A stretch of 64,000 nt of DNA from Squalus acanthias (lineage: Eukaryota). Shown in pieces: positions 15,001-27,000 of the stretch. Position 1 is the stretch's first letter, and every line of letters begins with the position of its first letter. The position numbers were made by a program, and so were the translations under genes. The notes beneath the pieces were generated by a model, which saw only the letters and a list, made by a program, of their open reading frames with translations, had not been told where the DNA came from and searched no databases. Where the stretch lies: positions 93,188,001 to 93,252,000 of the forward strand of contig CM059432.1 in NCBI GenBank assembly GCA_030390025.1. The letters are read 5' to 3'.

Positions 15001-18000
15001 GGGAGATTCTGTGAGTAAACAGAGCGGGAGATTCTGTGAGTAAACAGAGCGGGAGATTCTGTGAGTAAACAGGGCGGGAGATTCTGTGAGTAAACAGAGC
15101 GGGAGATTCTGTGAGTAAACAGAGCGGGAGATTCTGTGAGTAAACAGAGCGGGAGATTCTGTGAGTAAACAGGGCGGGAGATTCTGTGAGTAAACAGAGC
15201 GGGAGATTCTGTGAGTAAACAGGCGGGAGATTCTGTGAGTAAACAGAGCGGGAGATTCTGTGAGTAAACAGAGCGGGAGATTCTGTGAGTAAACAGAGCG
15301 GGAGATTCTGTGAGTAAACAGAGCGGGAGATTCTGTGAGTAAACAGAGCGGGAGATTCTGTGAGTAAACAGAGCGGGAGATTCTGTGAGTAAACAGAGCG
15401 GGAGATTCTGTGAGTAAACAGAGCGGGAGATTCTGTGAGTAAACAGAGCGGGAGATTCTGTGAGTAAACAGAGCGGGAGATTCTGTGAGTAAACAGAGCG
15501 GGAGATTCTGTGAGTAAACAGGGCGGGAGATTCTGTGAGTAAACAGAGCGGGAGATTCTGTGAGTAAACAGAGCGGGAGATTCTGTGAGTAAACAGAGCG
15601 GGAGATTCTGAGAGTAAACAGAGCGGGAGATTCTGTGAGTAAACAGAGCGGGAGATTCTGTGAGTAAACAGGGCGGGAGATTCTGTGAGTAAACAGAGCG
15701 GGAGATTCTGTGAGTAAACAGAGCGGGAGATTCTGTGAGTAAACAGAGCGGGAGATTCTGTGAGTAAACAGAGCGGGAGATTCTGTGAGTAAACAGAGCG
15801 GGAGATTCTGTGAGTAAACAGAGCGGGAGATTCTGTGAGTAAACAGAGCGGGAGATTCTGTGAGTAAACAGAGCGGGAGATTCTGTGAGTAAACAGAGCG
15901 GGAGATTCTGTGAGTAAACAGAGCGGGAGATTCTGTGAGTAAACAGAGCGGGAGATTCTGTGAGTAAACAGAGCGGGAGATTCTGTGAGTAAACAGGGCG
16001 GGAGATTCTGTGAGTAAACAGAGCGGGAGATTCTGTGAGTAAACAGAGCGGGAGATTCTGTGAGTAAACAGAGCGGGAGATTCTGTGAGTAAACAGAGCG
16101 GGAGATTCTGTGAGTAAACAGAGCGGGAGATTCTGTGAGTAAACAGAGCGGGAGATTCTGAGAGTAAACAGAGCGGGAGATTCTGTGAGTAAACAGAGCG
16201 GGAGATTCTGTGAGTAAACAGAGCGGGAGATTCTGTGAGTAAACAGAGCGGGAGATTCTGTGAGTAAACAGAGCGGGAGATTCTGTGAGTAAACAGAGCG
16301 GGAGATTCTGTGAGTAAACAGAGCGGGAGATTCTGTGAGTAAACAGAGCGGGAGATTCTGTGAGTAAACAGAGCGGGAGATTCTGTGAGTAAACAGAGCG
16401 GGAGATTCTGTGAGTAAACAGAGCGGGAGATTCTGTGAGTAAACAGAGCGGGAGATTCTGTGAGTAAACAGAGCGGGAGATTCTGTGAGTAAACAGAGCG
16501 GGAGATTCTGTGAGTAAACAGAGCGGGAGATTCTGTGAGTAAACAGAGCGGGAGATTCTGAGAGTAAACAGAGCGGGAGATTCTGTGAGTAAACAGAGCG
16601 GGAGATTCTGTGAGTAAACAGGGCGGGAGATTCTGTGAGTAAACAGAGCGGGAGATTCTGTGAGTAAACAGAGCGGGAGATTCTGTGAGTAAACAGAGCG
16701 GGAGATTCTGTGAGTAAACAGAGCGGGAGATTCTGTGAGTAAACAGAGCGGGAGATTCTGTGAGTAAACAGAGCGGGAGATTCTGTGAGTAAACAGAGCG
16801 GGAGATTCTGTGAGTAAACAGAGCGGGAGATTCTGTGAGTAAACAGAGCGGGAGATTCTGTGAGTAAACAGAGCGGGAGATTCTGTGAGTAAACAGAGCG
16901 GGAGATTCTGTGAGTAAACAGAGCGGGAGATTCTGTGAGTAAACAGAGCGGGAGATTCTGTGAGTAAACAGAGCGGGAGATTCTGTGAGTAAACAGAGCG
17001 GGAGATTCTGTGAGTAAACAGGGCGGGAGATTCTGTGAGTAAACAGAGCGGGAGATTCTGAGAGTAAACAGAGCGGGAGATTCTGTGAGTAAACAGAGCG
17101 GGAGATTCTGTGAGTAAACAGAGCGGGAGATTCTGTGAGTAAACAGAGCGGGAGATTCTGTGAGTAAACAGAGCGGGAGATTCTGTGAGTAAACAGAGCG
17201 GGAGATTCTGTGAGTAAACAGAGCGGGAGATTCTGAGAGTAAACAGAGCGGGAGATTCTGTGAGTAAACAGAGCGGGAGATTCTGTGAGTAAACAGAGCG
17301 GGAGATTCTGTGAGTAAACAGAGCGGGAGATTCTGAGAGTAAACAGAGCGGGAGATTCTGTGAGTAAACAGAGCGGGAGATTCTGTGAGTAAACAGGGCG
17401 GGAGATTCTGTGAGTAAACAGAGCGGGAGATTCTGAGAGTAAACAGAGCGGGAGATTCTGTGAGTAAACAGAGCGGGAGATTCTGAGAGTAAACAGAGCG
17501 GGAGATTCTGTGAGTAAACAGAGCGGGAGATTCTGTGAGTAAACAGAGCGGGAGATTCTGAGAGTAAACAGAGCGGGAGATTCTGTGAGTAAACAGAGCG
17601 GGAGATTCTGTGAGTAAACAGAGCGGGAGATTCTGTGAGTAAACAGAGCGGGAGATTCTGTGAGTAAACAGGGCGGGAGATTCTGTGAGTAAACAGAGCG
17701 GGAGATTCTGTGAGTAAACAGGCGGGAGATTCTGTGAGTAAACAGAGCGGGAGATTCTGTGAGTAAACAGGCGGGAGATTCTGTGAGTAAACAGAGCGGG
17801 AGATTCTGTGAGTAAAAGAGCGGGAGATTCTGTGAGTAAACAGAGCGGAGATTCTGTGAGTAAACAGGGGGGAGATTCTGTGAGTAAACAGAGCGGGAGA
17901 TTCTGTGAGTAAACAGAGCGGGAGATTCTGTGAGTAAACAGAGCGGGAGATTCTGTGAGTAAACAGGGCGGGAGATTCTGTGAGTAAAAGGCGGGAGATT

Positions 18001-21000
18001 CTGTGAGTAAACAGAGCGGGAGATCTGAGAGTAAACAGAGCGGGAGATTCTGTGAGTAAACAGAGCGGGAGATTCTGTGAGTAAACAGAGCGGGAGATTC
18101 TGTGAGTAAACAGAGCGGGAGATTCTGTGAGTAAACAGAGCGGGAGATTCTGTGAGTAAACAGAGCGGGAGATTCTGTGAGTAAACAGCGGGAGATTCTG
18201 TGAGTAAACAGAGCGGGAGATTCTGTGAGTAAACAGAGCGGGAGATTCTGTGAGTAAACAGAGCGGGAGATTCTGTGAGTAAACAGAGCGGGAGATTCTG
18301 TGAGTAAACAGAGCGGGAGATTCTGTGAGTAAACAGAGCGGGAGATTCTGTGAGTAAACAGAGCGGGAGATTCTGTGAGTAAACAGAGCGGGAGATTCTG
18401 TGAGTAAACAGAGCGGGAGATTCTGTGAGTAAACAGAGCGGGAGATTCTGTGAGTAAACAGAGCGGGAGATTCTGTGAGTAAACAGAGCGGGAGATTCTG
18501 TGAGTAAACAGAGCGGGAGATTCTGTGAGTAAACAGAGCGGGAGATTCTGTGAGTAAACAGAGCGGGAGATTCTGTGAGTAAACAGAGCGGGAGATTCTG
18601 TGAGTAAACAGAGCGGGAGATTCTGTGAGTAAACAGAGCGGGAGATTCTGTGAGTAAACAGAGCGGGAGATTCTGTGAGTAAACAGGGCGGGAGATTCTG
18701 TGAGTAAACAGAGCGGGAGATTCTGTGAGTAAACAGAGCGGGAGATTCTGTGAGTAAACAGAGCGGGAGATTCTGTGAGTAAACAGAGCGGGAGATTCTG
18801 TGAGTAAACAGAGCGGGAGATTCTGTGAGTAAACAGAGCGGGAGATTCTGTGAGTAAACAGAGCGGGAGATTCTGTGAGTAAACAGAGCGGGAGATTCTG
18901 TGAGTAAACAGAGCGGGAGATTCTGTGAGTAAACAGAGCGGGAGATTCTGTGAGTAAACAGAGCGGGAGATTCTGTGAGTAAACAGAGCGGGAGATTCTG
19001 TGAGTAAACAGAGCGGGAGATTCTGTGAGTAAACAGAGCGGGAGATTCTGTGAGTAAACAGAGCGGGAGATTCTGTGAGTAAACAGAGCGGGAGATTCTG
19101 TGAGTAAACAGAGCGGGAGATTCTGTGAGTAAACAGAGCGGGAGATTCTGTGAGTAAACAGAGCGGGAGATTCTGTGAGTAAACAGAGCGGGAGATTCTG
19201 TGAGTAAACAGAGCGGGAGATTCTGTGAGTAAACAGAGCGGGAGATTCTGTGAGTAAACAGAGCGGGAGATTCTGTGAGTAAACAGAGCGGGAGATTCTG
19301 TGAGTAAACAGAGCGGGAGATTCTGTGAGTAAACAGAGCGGGAGATTCTGTGAGTAAACAGAGCGGGAGATTCTGTGAGTAAACAGAGCGGGAGATTCTG
19401 TGAGTAAACAGAGCGGGAGATTCTGTGAGTAAACAGAGCGGGAGATTCTGTGAGTAAACAGAGCGGGAGATTCTGTGAGTAAACAGAGCGGGAGATTCTG
19501 TGAGTAAACAGAGCGGGAGATTCTGTGAGTAAACAGAGCGGGAGATTCTGTGAGTAAACAGAGCGGGAGATTCTGTGAGTAAACAGAGCGGGAGATTCTG
19601 TGAGTAAACAGAGCGGGAGATTCTGTGAGTAAACAGAGCGGGAGATTCTGTGAGTAAACAGAGCGGGAGATTCTGTGAGTAAACAGAGCGGGAGATTCTG
19701 AGAGTAAACAGAGCGGGAGATTCTGTGAGTAAACAGAGCGGGAGATTCTGTGAGTAAACAGAGCGGGAGATTCTGTGAGTAAACAGAGCGGGAGATTCTG
19801 TGAGTAAACAGAGCGGGAGATTCTGTGAGTAAACAGAGCGGGAGATTCTGTGAGTAAACAGAGCGGGAGATTCTGTGAGTAAACAGAGCGGGAGATTCTG
19901 TGAGTAAACAGAGCGGGAGATTCTGTGAGTAAACAGAGCGGGAGATTCTGTGAGTAAACAGAGCGGGAGATTCTGTGAGTAAACAGAGCGGGAGATTCTG
20001 TGAGTAAACAGAGCGGGAGATTCTGTGAGTAAACAGAGCGGGAGATTCTGTGAGTAAACAGAGCGGGAGATTCTGTGAGTAAACAGAGCGGGAGATTCTG
20101 TGAGTAAACAGAGCGGGAGATTCTGTGAGTAAACAGAGCGGGAGATTCTGTGAGTAAACAGAGCGGGAGATTCTGTGAGTAAACAGAGCGGGAGATTCTG
20201 TGAGTAAACAGAGCGGGAGATTCTGTGAGTAAACAGAGCGGGAGATTCTGTGAGTAAACAGAGCGGGAGATTCTGTGAGTAAACAGGCGGGAGATTCTGT
20301 GAGTAAACAGAGCGGGAGATTCTGTGAGTAAACAGAGCGGGAGATTCTGTGAGTAAACAGAGCGGGAGATTCTGTGAGTAAACAGAGCGGGAGATTCTGT
20401 GAGTAAACAGAGCGGGAGATTCTGTGAGTAAACAGAGCGGGAGATTCTGTGAGTAAACAGAGCGGGAGATTCTGTGAGTAAACAGAGCGGGAGATTCTGT
20501 GAGTAAACAGAGCGGGAGATTCTGTGAGTAAACAGAGCGGGAGATTCTGTGAGTAAACAGAGCGGGAGATTCTGTGAGTAAACAGAGCGGGAGATTCTGT
20601 GAGTAAACAGAGCGGGAGATTCTGTGAGTAAACAGAGCGGGAGATTCTGTGAGTAAACAGAGCGGGAGATTCTGTGAGTAAACAGAGCGGGAGATTCTGT
20701 GAGTAAACAGAGCGGGAGATTCTGTGAGTAAACAGAGCGGGAGATTCTGTGAGTAAACAGAGCGGGAGATTCTGTGAGTAAACAGAGCGGGAGATTCTGT
20801 GAGTAAACAGAGCGGGAGATTCTGTGAGTAAACAGAGCGGGAGATTCTGTGAGTAAACAGAGCGGGAGATTCTGTGAGTAAACAGGGCGGGAGATTCTGT
20901 GAGTAAACAGAGCGGGAGATTCTGTGAGTAAACAGAGCGGGAGATTCTGTGAGTAAACAGAGCGGGAGATTCTGTGAGTAAACAGAGCGGGAGATTCTGT

Positions 21001-24000
21001 GAGTAAACAGAGCGGGAGATTCTGTGAGTAAACAGAGCGGGAGATTCTGTGAGTAAACAGAGCGGGAGATTCTGTGAGTAAACAGGGCGGGAGATTCTGT
21101 GAGTAAACAGAGCGGGAGATTCTGTGAGTAAACAGAGCGGGAGATTCTGTGAGTAAACAGAGCGGGAGATTCTGTGAGTAAACAGAGCGGGAGATTCTGT
21201 GAGTAAACAGAGCGGGAGATTCTGTGAGTAAACAGAGCGGGAGATTCTGTGAGTAAACAGAGCGGGAGATTCTGTGAGTAAACAGAGCGGGAGATTCTGT
21301 GAGTAAACAGAGCGGGAGATTCTGAGAGTAAACAGAGCGGGAGATTCTGTGAGTAAACAGAGCGGGAGATTCTGTGAGTAAACAGGGCGGGAGATTCTGT
21401 GAGTAAACAGAGCGGGAGATTCTGTGAGTAAACAGAGCGGGAGATTCTGTGAGTAAACAGAGCGGGAGATTCTGTGAGTAAACAGAGCGGGAGATTCTGT
21501 GAGTAAACAGAGCGGGAGATTCTGAGAGTAAACAGAGCGGGAGATTCTGTGAGTAAACAGAGCGGGAGATTCTGTGAGTAAACAGAGCGGGAGATTCTGT
21601 GAGTAAACAGAGCGGGAGATTCTGTGAGTAAACAGAGCGGGAGATTCTGTGAGTAAACAGAGCGGGAGATTCTGTGAGTAAACAGAGCGGGAGATTCTGT
21701 GAGTAAACAGAGCGGGAGATTCTGAGAGTAAACAGAGCGGGAGATTCTGTGAGTAAACAGAGCGGGAGATTCTGTGAGTATAAAGAGCGGGAGATTCTGA
21801 GAGTAAACAGAGCGGGAGATTCTGAGAGTAAACAGGGCGGGAGATTCTGAGAGTAAACAGAGCGGAGATTCTGTGAGTAAACAGAGCGGGAGATTCTGTG
21901 AGTAAACAGAGCGGGAGATTCTGTGAGTAAACAGAGCGGGAGATTCTGTGAGTAAACAGAGCGGGAGATTCTGTGAGTAAACAGAGCGGGAGATTCTGTG
22001 AGTAAACAGGCGGGAGATTCTGTGAGTAAACAGAGCGGGAGATTCTGTGAGTAAACAGAGCGGGAGATTCTGTGAGTAAACAGAGCGGGAGATTCTGTGA
22101 GTAAACAGGGCGGGAGATTCTGTGAGTAAACAGAGCGGGAGATTCTGTGAGTAAACAGAGCGGGAGATTCTGTGAGTAAACAGGGCGGGAGATTCTGTGA
22201 GTAAACAGAGCGGGAGATTCTGTGAGTAAACAGAGCGGGAGATTCTGTGAGTAAACAGGGCGGGAGATTCTGTGAGTAAACAGAGCGGGAGATTCTGTGA
22301 GTAAACAGAGCGGGAGATTCTGTGAGTAAACAGAGCGGGAGATTCTGTGAGTAAACAGAGCGGGAGATTCTGTGAGTAAACAGAGCGGGAGATTCTGTGA
22401 GTAAACAGAGCGGGAGATTCTGTGAGTAAACAGAGCGGGAGATTCTGTGAGTAAACAGAGCGGGAGATTCTGTGAGTAAACAGGCGGGAGATTCTGTGAG
22501 TAAACAGAGCGGGAGATTCTGTGAGTAAACAGGGCGGGAGATTCTGTGAGTAAACAGAGCGGGAGATTCTGTGAGTAAACAGAGCGGGAGATTCTGTGAG
22601 TAAACAGGGCGGGAGATTCTGTGAGTAAACAGAGCGGGAGATTCTGTGAGTAAACAGGGCGGGAGATTCTGTGAGTAAACAGGGCGGGAGATTCTGTGAG
22701 TAAACAGAGCGGGAGATTCTGTGAGTAAACAGAGCGGGAGATTCTGTGAGTAAACAGAGCGGGAGATTCTGTGAGTAAACAGAGCGGGAGATTCTGTGAG
22801 TAAACAGAGCGGGAGATTCTGTGAGTAAACAGAGCGGGAGATTCTGTGAGTAAACAGAGCGGGAGATTCTGTGAGTAAACAGAGCGGGAGATTCTGTGAG
22901 TAAACAGAGCGGGAGATTCTGTGAGTAAACAGAGCGGGAGATTCTGAGAGTAAACAGAGCGGGAGATTCTGTGAGTAAACAGAGCGGGAGATTCTGTGAG
23001 TAAACAGAGCGGGAGATTCTGTGAGTAAACAGAGCGGGAGATTCTGTGAGTAAACAGAGCGGGAGATTCTGTGAGTAAACAGAGCGGGAGATTCTGAGAG
23101 TAAACAGAGCGGGAGATTCTGTGAGTAAACAGAGCGGGAGATTCTGTGAGTAAACAGAGCGGGAGATTCTGTGAGTAAACAGAGCGGGAGATTCTGTGAG
23201 TAAACAGAGCGGGAGATTCTGTGAGTAAACAGAGCGGGAGATTCTGTGAGTAAACAGAGCGGGAGATTCTGTGAGTAAACAGAGCGGGAGATTCTGTGAG
23301 TAAACAGAGCGGGAGATTCTGTGAGTAAACAGAGCGGGAGATTCTGTGAGTAAACAGAGCGGGAGATTCTGTGAGTAAACAGAGCGGGAGATTCTGTGAG
23401 TAAACAGAGCGGGAGATTCTGAGAGTAAACAGAGCGGGAGATTCTGTGAGTAAACAGAGCGGGAGATTCTGTGAGTAAACAGAGCGGGAGATTCTGTGAG
23501 TAAACAGAGCGGGAGATTCTGTGAGTAAACAGAGCGGGAGATTCTGTGAGTAAACAGAGCGGGAGATTCTGTGAGTAAACAGAGCGGGAGATTCTGTGAG
23601 TAAACAGAGCGGGAGATTCTGTGAGTAAACAGAGCGGGAGATTCTGTGAGTAAACAGAGCGGGAGATTCTGTGAGTAAACAGAGCGGGAGATTCTGTGAG
23701 TAAACAGAGCGGGAGATTCTGTGAGTAAACAGAGCGGGAGATTCTGTGAGTAAACAGAGCGGGAGATTCTGTGAGTAAACAGAGCGGGAGATTCTGTGAG
23801 TAAACAGAGCGGGAGATTCTGTGAGTAAACAGAGCGGGAGATTCTGTGAGTAAACAGAGCGGGAGATTCTGTGAGTAAACAGAGCGGGAGATTCTGTGAG
23901 TAAACAGAGCGGGAGATTCTGTGAGTAAACAGGGCGGGAGATTCTGTGAGTAAACAGAGCGGGAGATTCTGTGAGTAAACAGAGCGGGAGATTCTGTGAG

Positions 24001-27000
24001 TAAACAGAGCGGGAGATTCTGTGAGTAAACAGAGCGGGAGATTCTGTGAGTAAACAGAGCGGGAGATTCTGTGAGTAAACAGAGCGGGAGATTCTGTGAG
24101 TAAACAGAGCGGGAGATTCTGTGAGTAAACAGAGCGGGAGATTCTGTGAGTAAACAGAGCGGGAGATTCTGTGAGTAAACAGAGCGGGAGATTCTGTGAG
24201 TAAACAGAGCGGGAGATTCTGTGAGTAAACAGAGCGGGAGATTCTGTGAGTAAACAGAGCGGGAGATTCTGAGAGTAAACAGAGCGGGAGATTCTGTGAG
24301 TAAACAGAGCGGGAGATTCTGTGAGTAAACAGGGCGGGAGATTCTGTGAGTAAACAGAGCGGGAGATTCTGTGAGTAAACAGAGCGGAGATTCTGTGAGT
24401 AAACAGTGCGGGAGATTCTGTGAGTAAAAAGAGCGGGAGATTCTGAGAGTAAACAGGCGGGAGATTCTGTGAGTAAAAAGAGCGGGAGATTCTGAGAGTA
24501 AACAGAGCGGGAGATTCTGAGAGTAAACAGAGCGGGAGATTCTGAGAGTAAACAGGGCGGGAGATTCTGTGAGTAAACAGAGCGGGAGATTCTGAGAGTA
24601 AACAGAGCGGGAGATTCTGTGAGTAAACAGAGCGGGAGATTCTGTGAGTAAACAGAGCGGGAGATTCTGAGAGTAAACAGGGCGGGAGATTCTGTGAGTA
24701 AACAGAGCGGGAGATTCTGTGAGTAAACAGAGCGGGAGATTCTGTGAGTAAACAGAGCGGGAGATTCTGTGAGTAAACAGAGCGGGAGATTCTGTGAGTA
24801 AACAGAGCGGGAGATTCTGTGAGTAAACAGAGCGGGAGATTCTGAGAGTAAACAGGGCGGGAGATTCTGTGAGTAAACAGAGCGGGAGATTCTGTGAGTA
24901 AACAGGGCGGGAGATTCTGTGAGTAAACAGAGCGGGAGATTCTGAGAGTAAACAGGGCGGGAGATTCTGTGAGTAAACAGAGCGGGAGATTCTGAGAGTA
25001 AACAGAGCGGGAGATTCTGAGAGTAAACAGAGCGGGAGATTCTGTGAGTAAACAGAGCGGGAGATTCTGTGAGTAAACAGAGCGGGAGATTCTGTGAGTA
25101 AACAGAGCGGGAGATTCTGTGAGTAAACAGAGCGGGAGATTCTGTGAGTAAACAGGGCGGGAGATTCTGTGAGTAAACAGAGCGGGAGATTCTGTGAGTA
25201 AACAGAGCGGGAGATTCTGAGAGTATAAAGAGCGGGAGATTCTGTGAGTATAAAGAGCGGGAGATTCTGTGAGTAAACAGGGCGGGCGATTCTGTGAGTA
25301 AACAGAGCGGGAGATTCTGTGAGTAAACAGAGCGGGAGATTCTGTGAGTAAACAGGGCGGGAGATTCTGTGAGTAAACAGAGCGGGAGATTCTGAGAGTA
25401 AACAGAGCGGGAGATTCTGTGTAAACAGAGCGGGAGATTCTGTGAGTTAACAGAGCGGAGATTCTGTGAGTAAACAGGGCGGGCGATTCTGTGAGTAAAC
25501 AGGGCGGGAGATTCTGTGAGTAAACAGGGCGGGAGATTCTGTGAGTAAACAGGGCGGGCGATTCTGTGAGTAAACAGAGCGGGAGATTCTGAGAGTAAAC
25601 AGAGCGGGAGATTCTGTGAGTAAACAGGGCGGGAGATTCTGTGAGTATAAAGAGCGGGAGATTCTGAGAGTAAACAGAGCGGGAGATTCCGAGAGTAAAC
25701 AGGGCGGGAGATTCTGAGAGTAAACAGAGCGGGAGATTCTGTGAGTAAACAGAGCGGGAGATTCTGTGAGTAAACAGGGCGGGAGATTCTGTGAGTAAAC
25801 AGAGCGGGAGATTCTGTGAGTAAACAGAGCGGGAGATTCTGTGAGTAAACAGAGCGGGAGATTCTGTGTAAACAGAGCGGGAGATTCTGTGAGTAAACAG
25901 AGCGGGAGATTCTGTGAGTAAACAGAGCGGGAGATTCTGTGAGTAAACAGAGCGGGAGATTCTGTGAGTAAACAGAGCGGGAGATTCTGTGAGTAAACAG
26001 AGCGGGAGATTCTGTGAGTAAACAGAGCGGGAGATTCTGTGAGTAAACAGAGCGGGAGATTCTGTGAGTAAACAGAGCGGGAGATTCTGTGAGTAAACAG
26101 AGCGGGAGATTCTGTGAGTAAACAGAGCGGGAGATTCTGTGAGTAAACAGAGCGGGAGATTCTGTGAGTAAACAGAGCGGGAGATTCTGTGAGTAAACAG
26201 AGCGGGAGATTCTGTGAGTATAAAGAGCGGGAGATTCTGTGAGTAAACAGAGCGGGAGATTCTGTGAGTATAAAGAGCGGGAGATTCTGTGAGTAAACAG
26301 AGCGGGAGATTCTGTGAGTAAACAGGGCGGGAGATTCTGTGAGTATAAAGAGCGGGAGATTCTGTGAGTAAACAGGGCGGGAGATTCTGTGAGTATAAAG
26401 AGCGGGAGATTCTGTGAGTAAACAGAGCGGGAGATTCTGTGAGTAAACAGGGCGGGAGATTCTGTGAGTAAACAGAGCGGGAGATTCTGTGAGTAAACAG
26501 GGCGGGAGATTCTGTGAGTATAAAGAGCGGGAGATTCTGTGAGTAAACAGGGCGGGAGATTCTGTGAGTAAACAGGGCGGGAGATTCTGTGAGTATAAAG
26601 AGCGGGAGATTCTGTGAGTAAACAGGGCGGGAGATTCTGTGAGTATAAAGAGCGGGAGATTCTGTGAGTAAACAGGGCGGGAGATTCTGTGAGTAAACAG
26701 AGCGGGAGATTCTGGGAGTAAACAGAGCGGGAGATTCTGTGAGTATAAAGAGCGGGAGATTCTGAGAGTAAACAGAGCGGGAGATTCTGAGAGTAAACAG
26801 GGCGGGAGATTCTGTGAGTATAAAGAGCGGGAGATTCTGAGAGTAAACAGAGCGGGAGATTCTGGGAGTAAACAGAGCGGGAGATTCTGTGAGTATAAAG
26901 AGCGGGAGATTCTGAGAGTAAACAGAGCGGGAGATTCTGTGAGTAAACAGGGCGGGAGATTCTGTGAGTATAAAGAGCGGGAGATTCTGAGAGTAAACAG

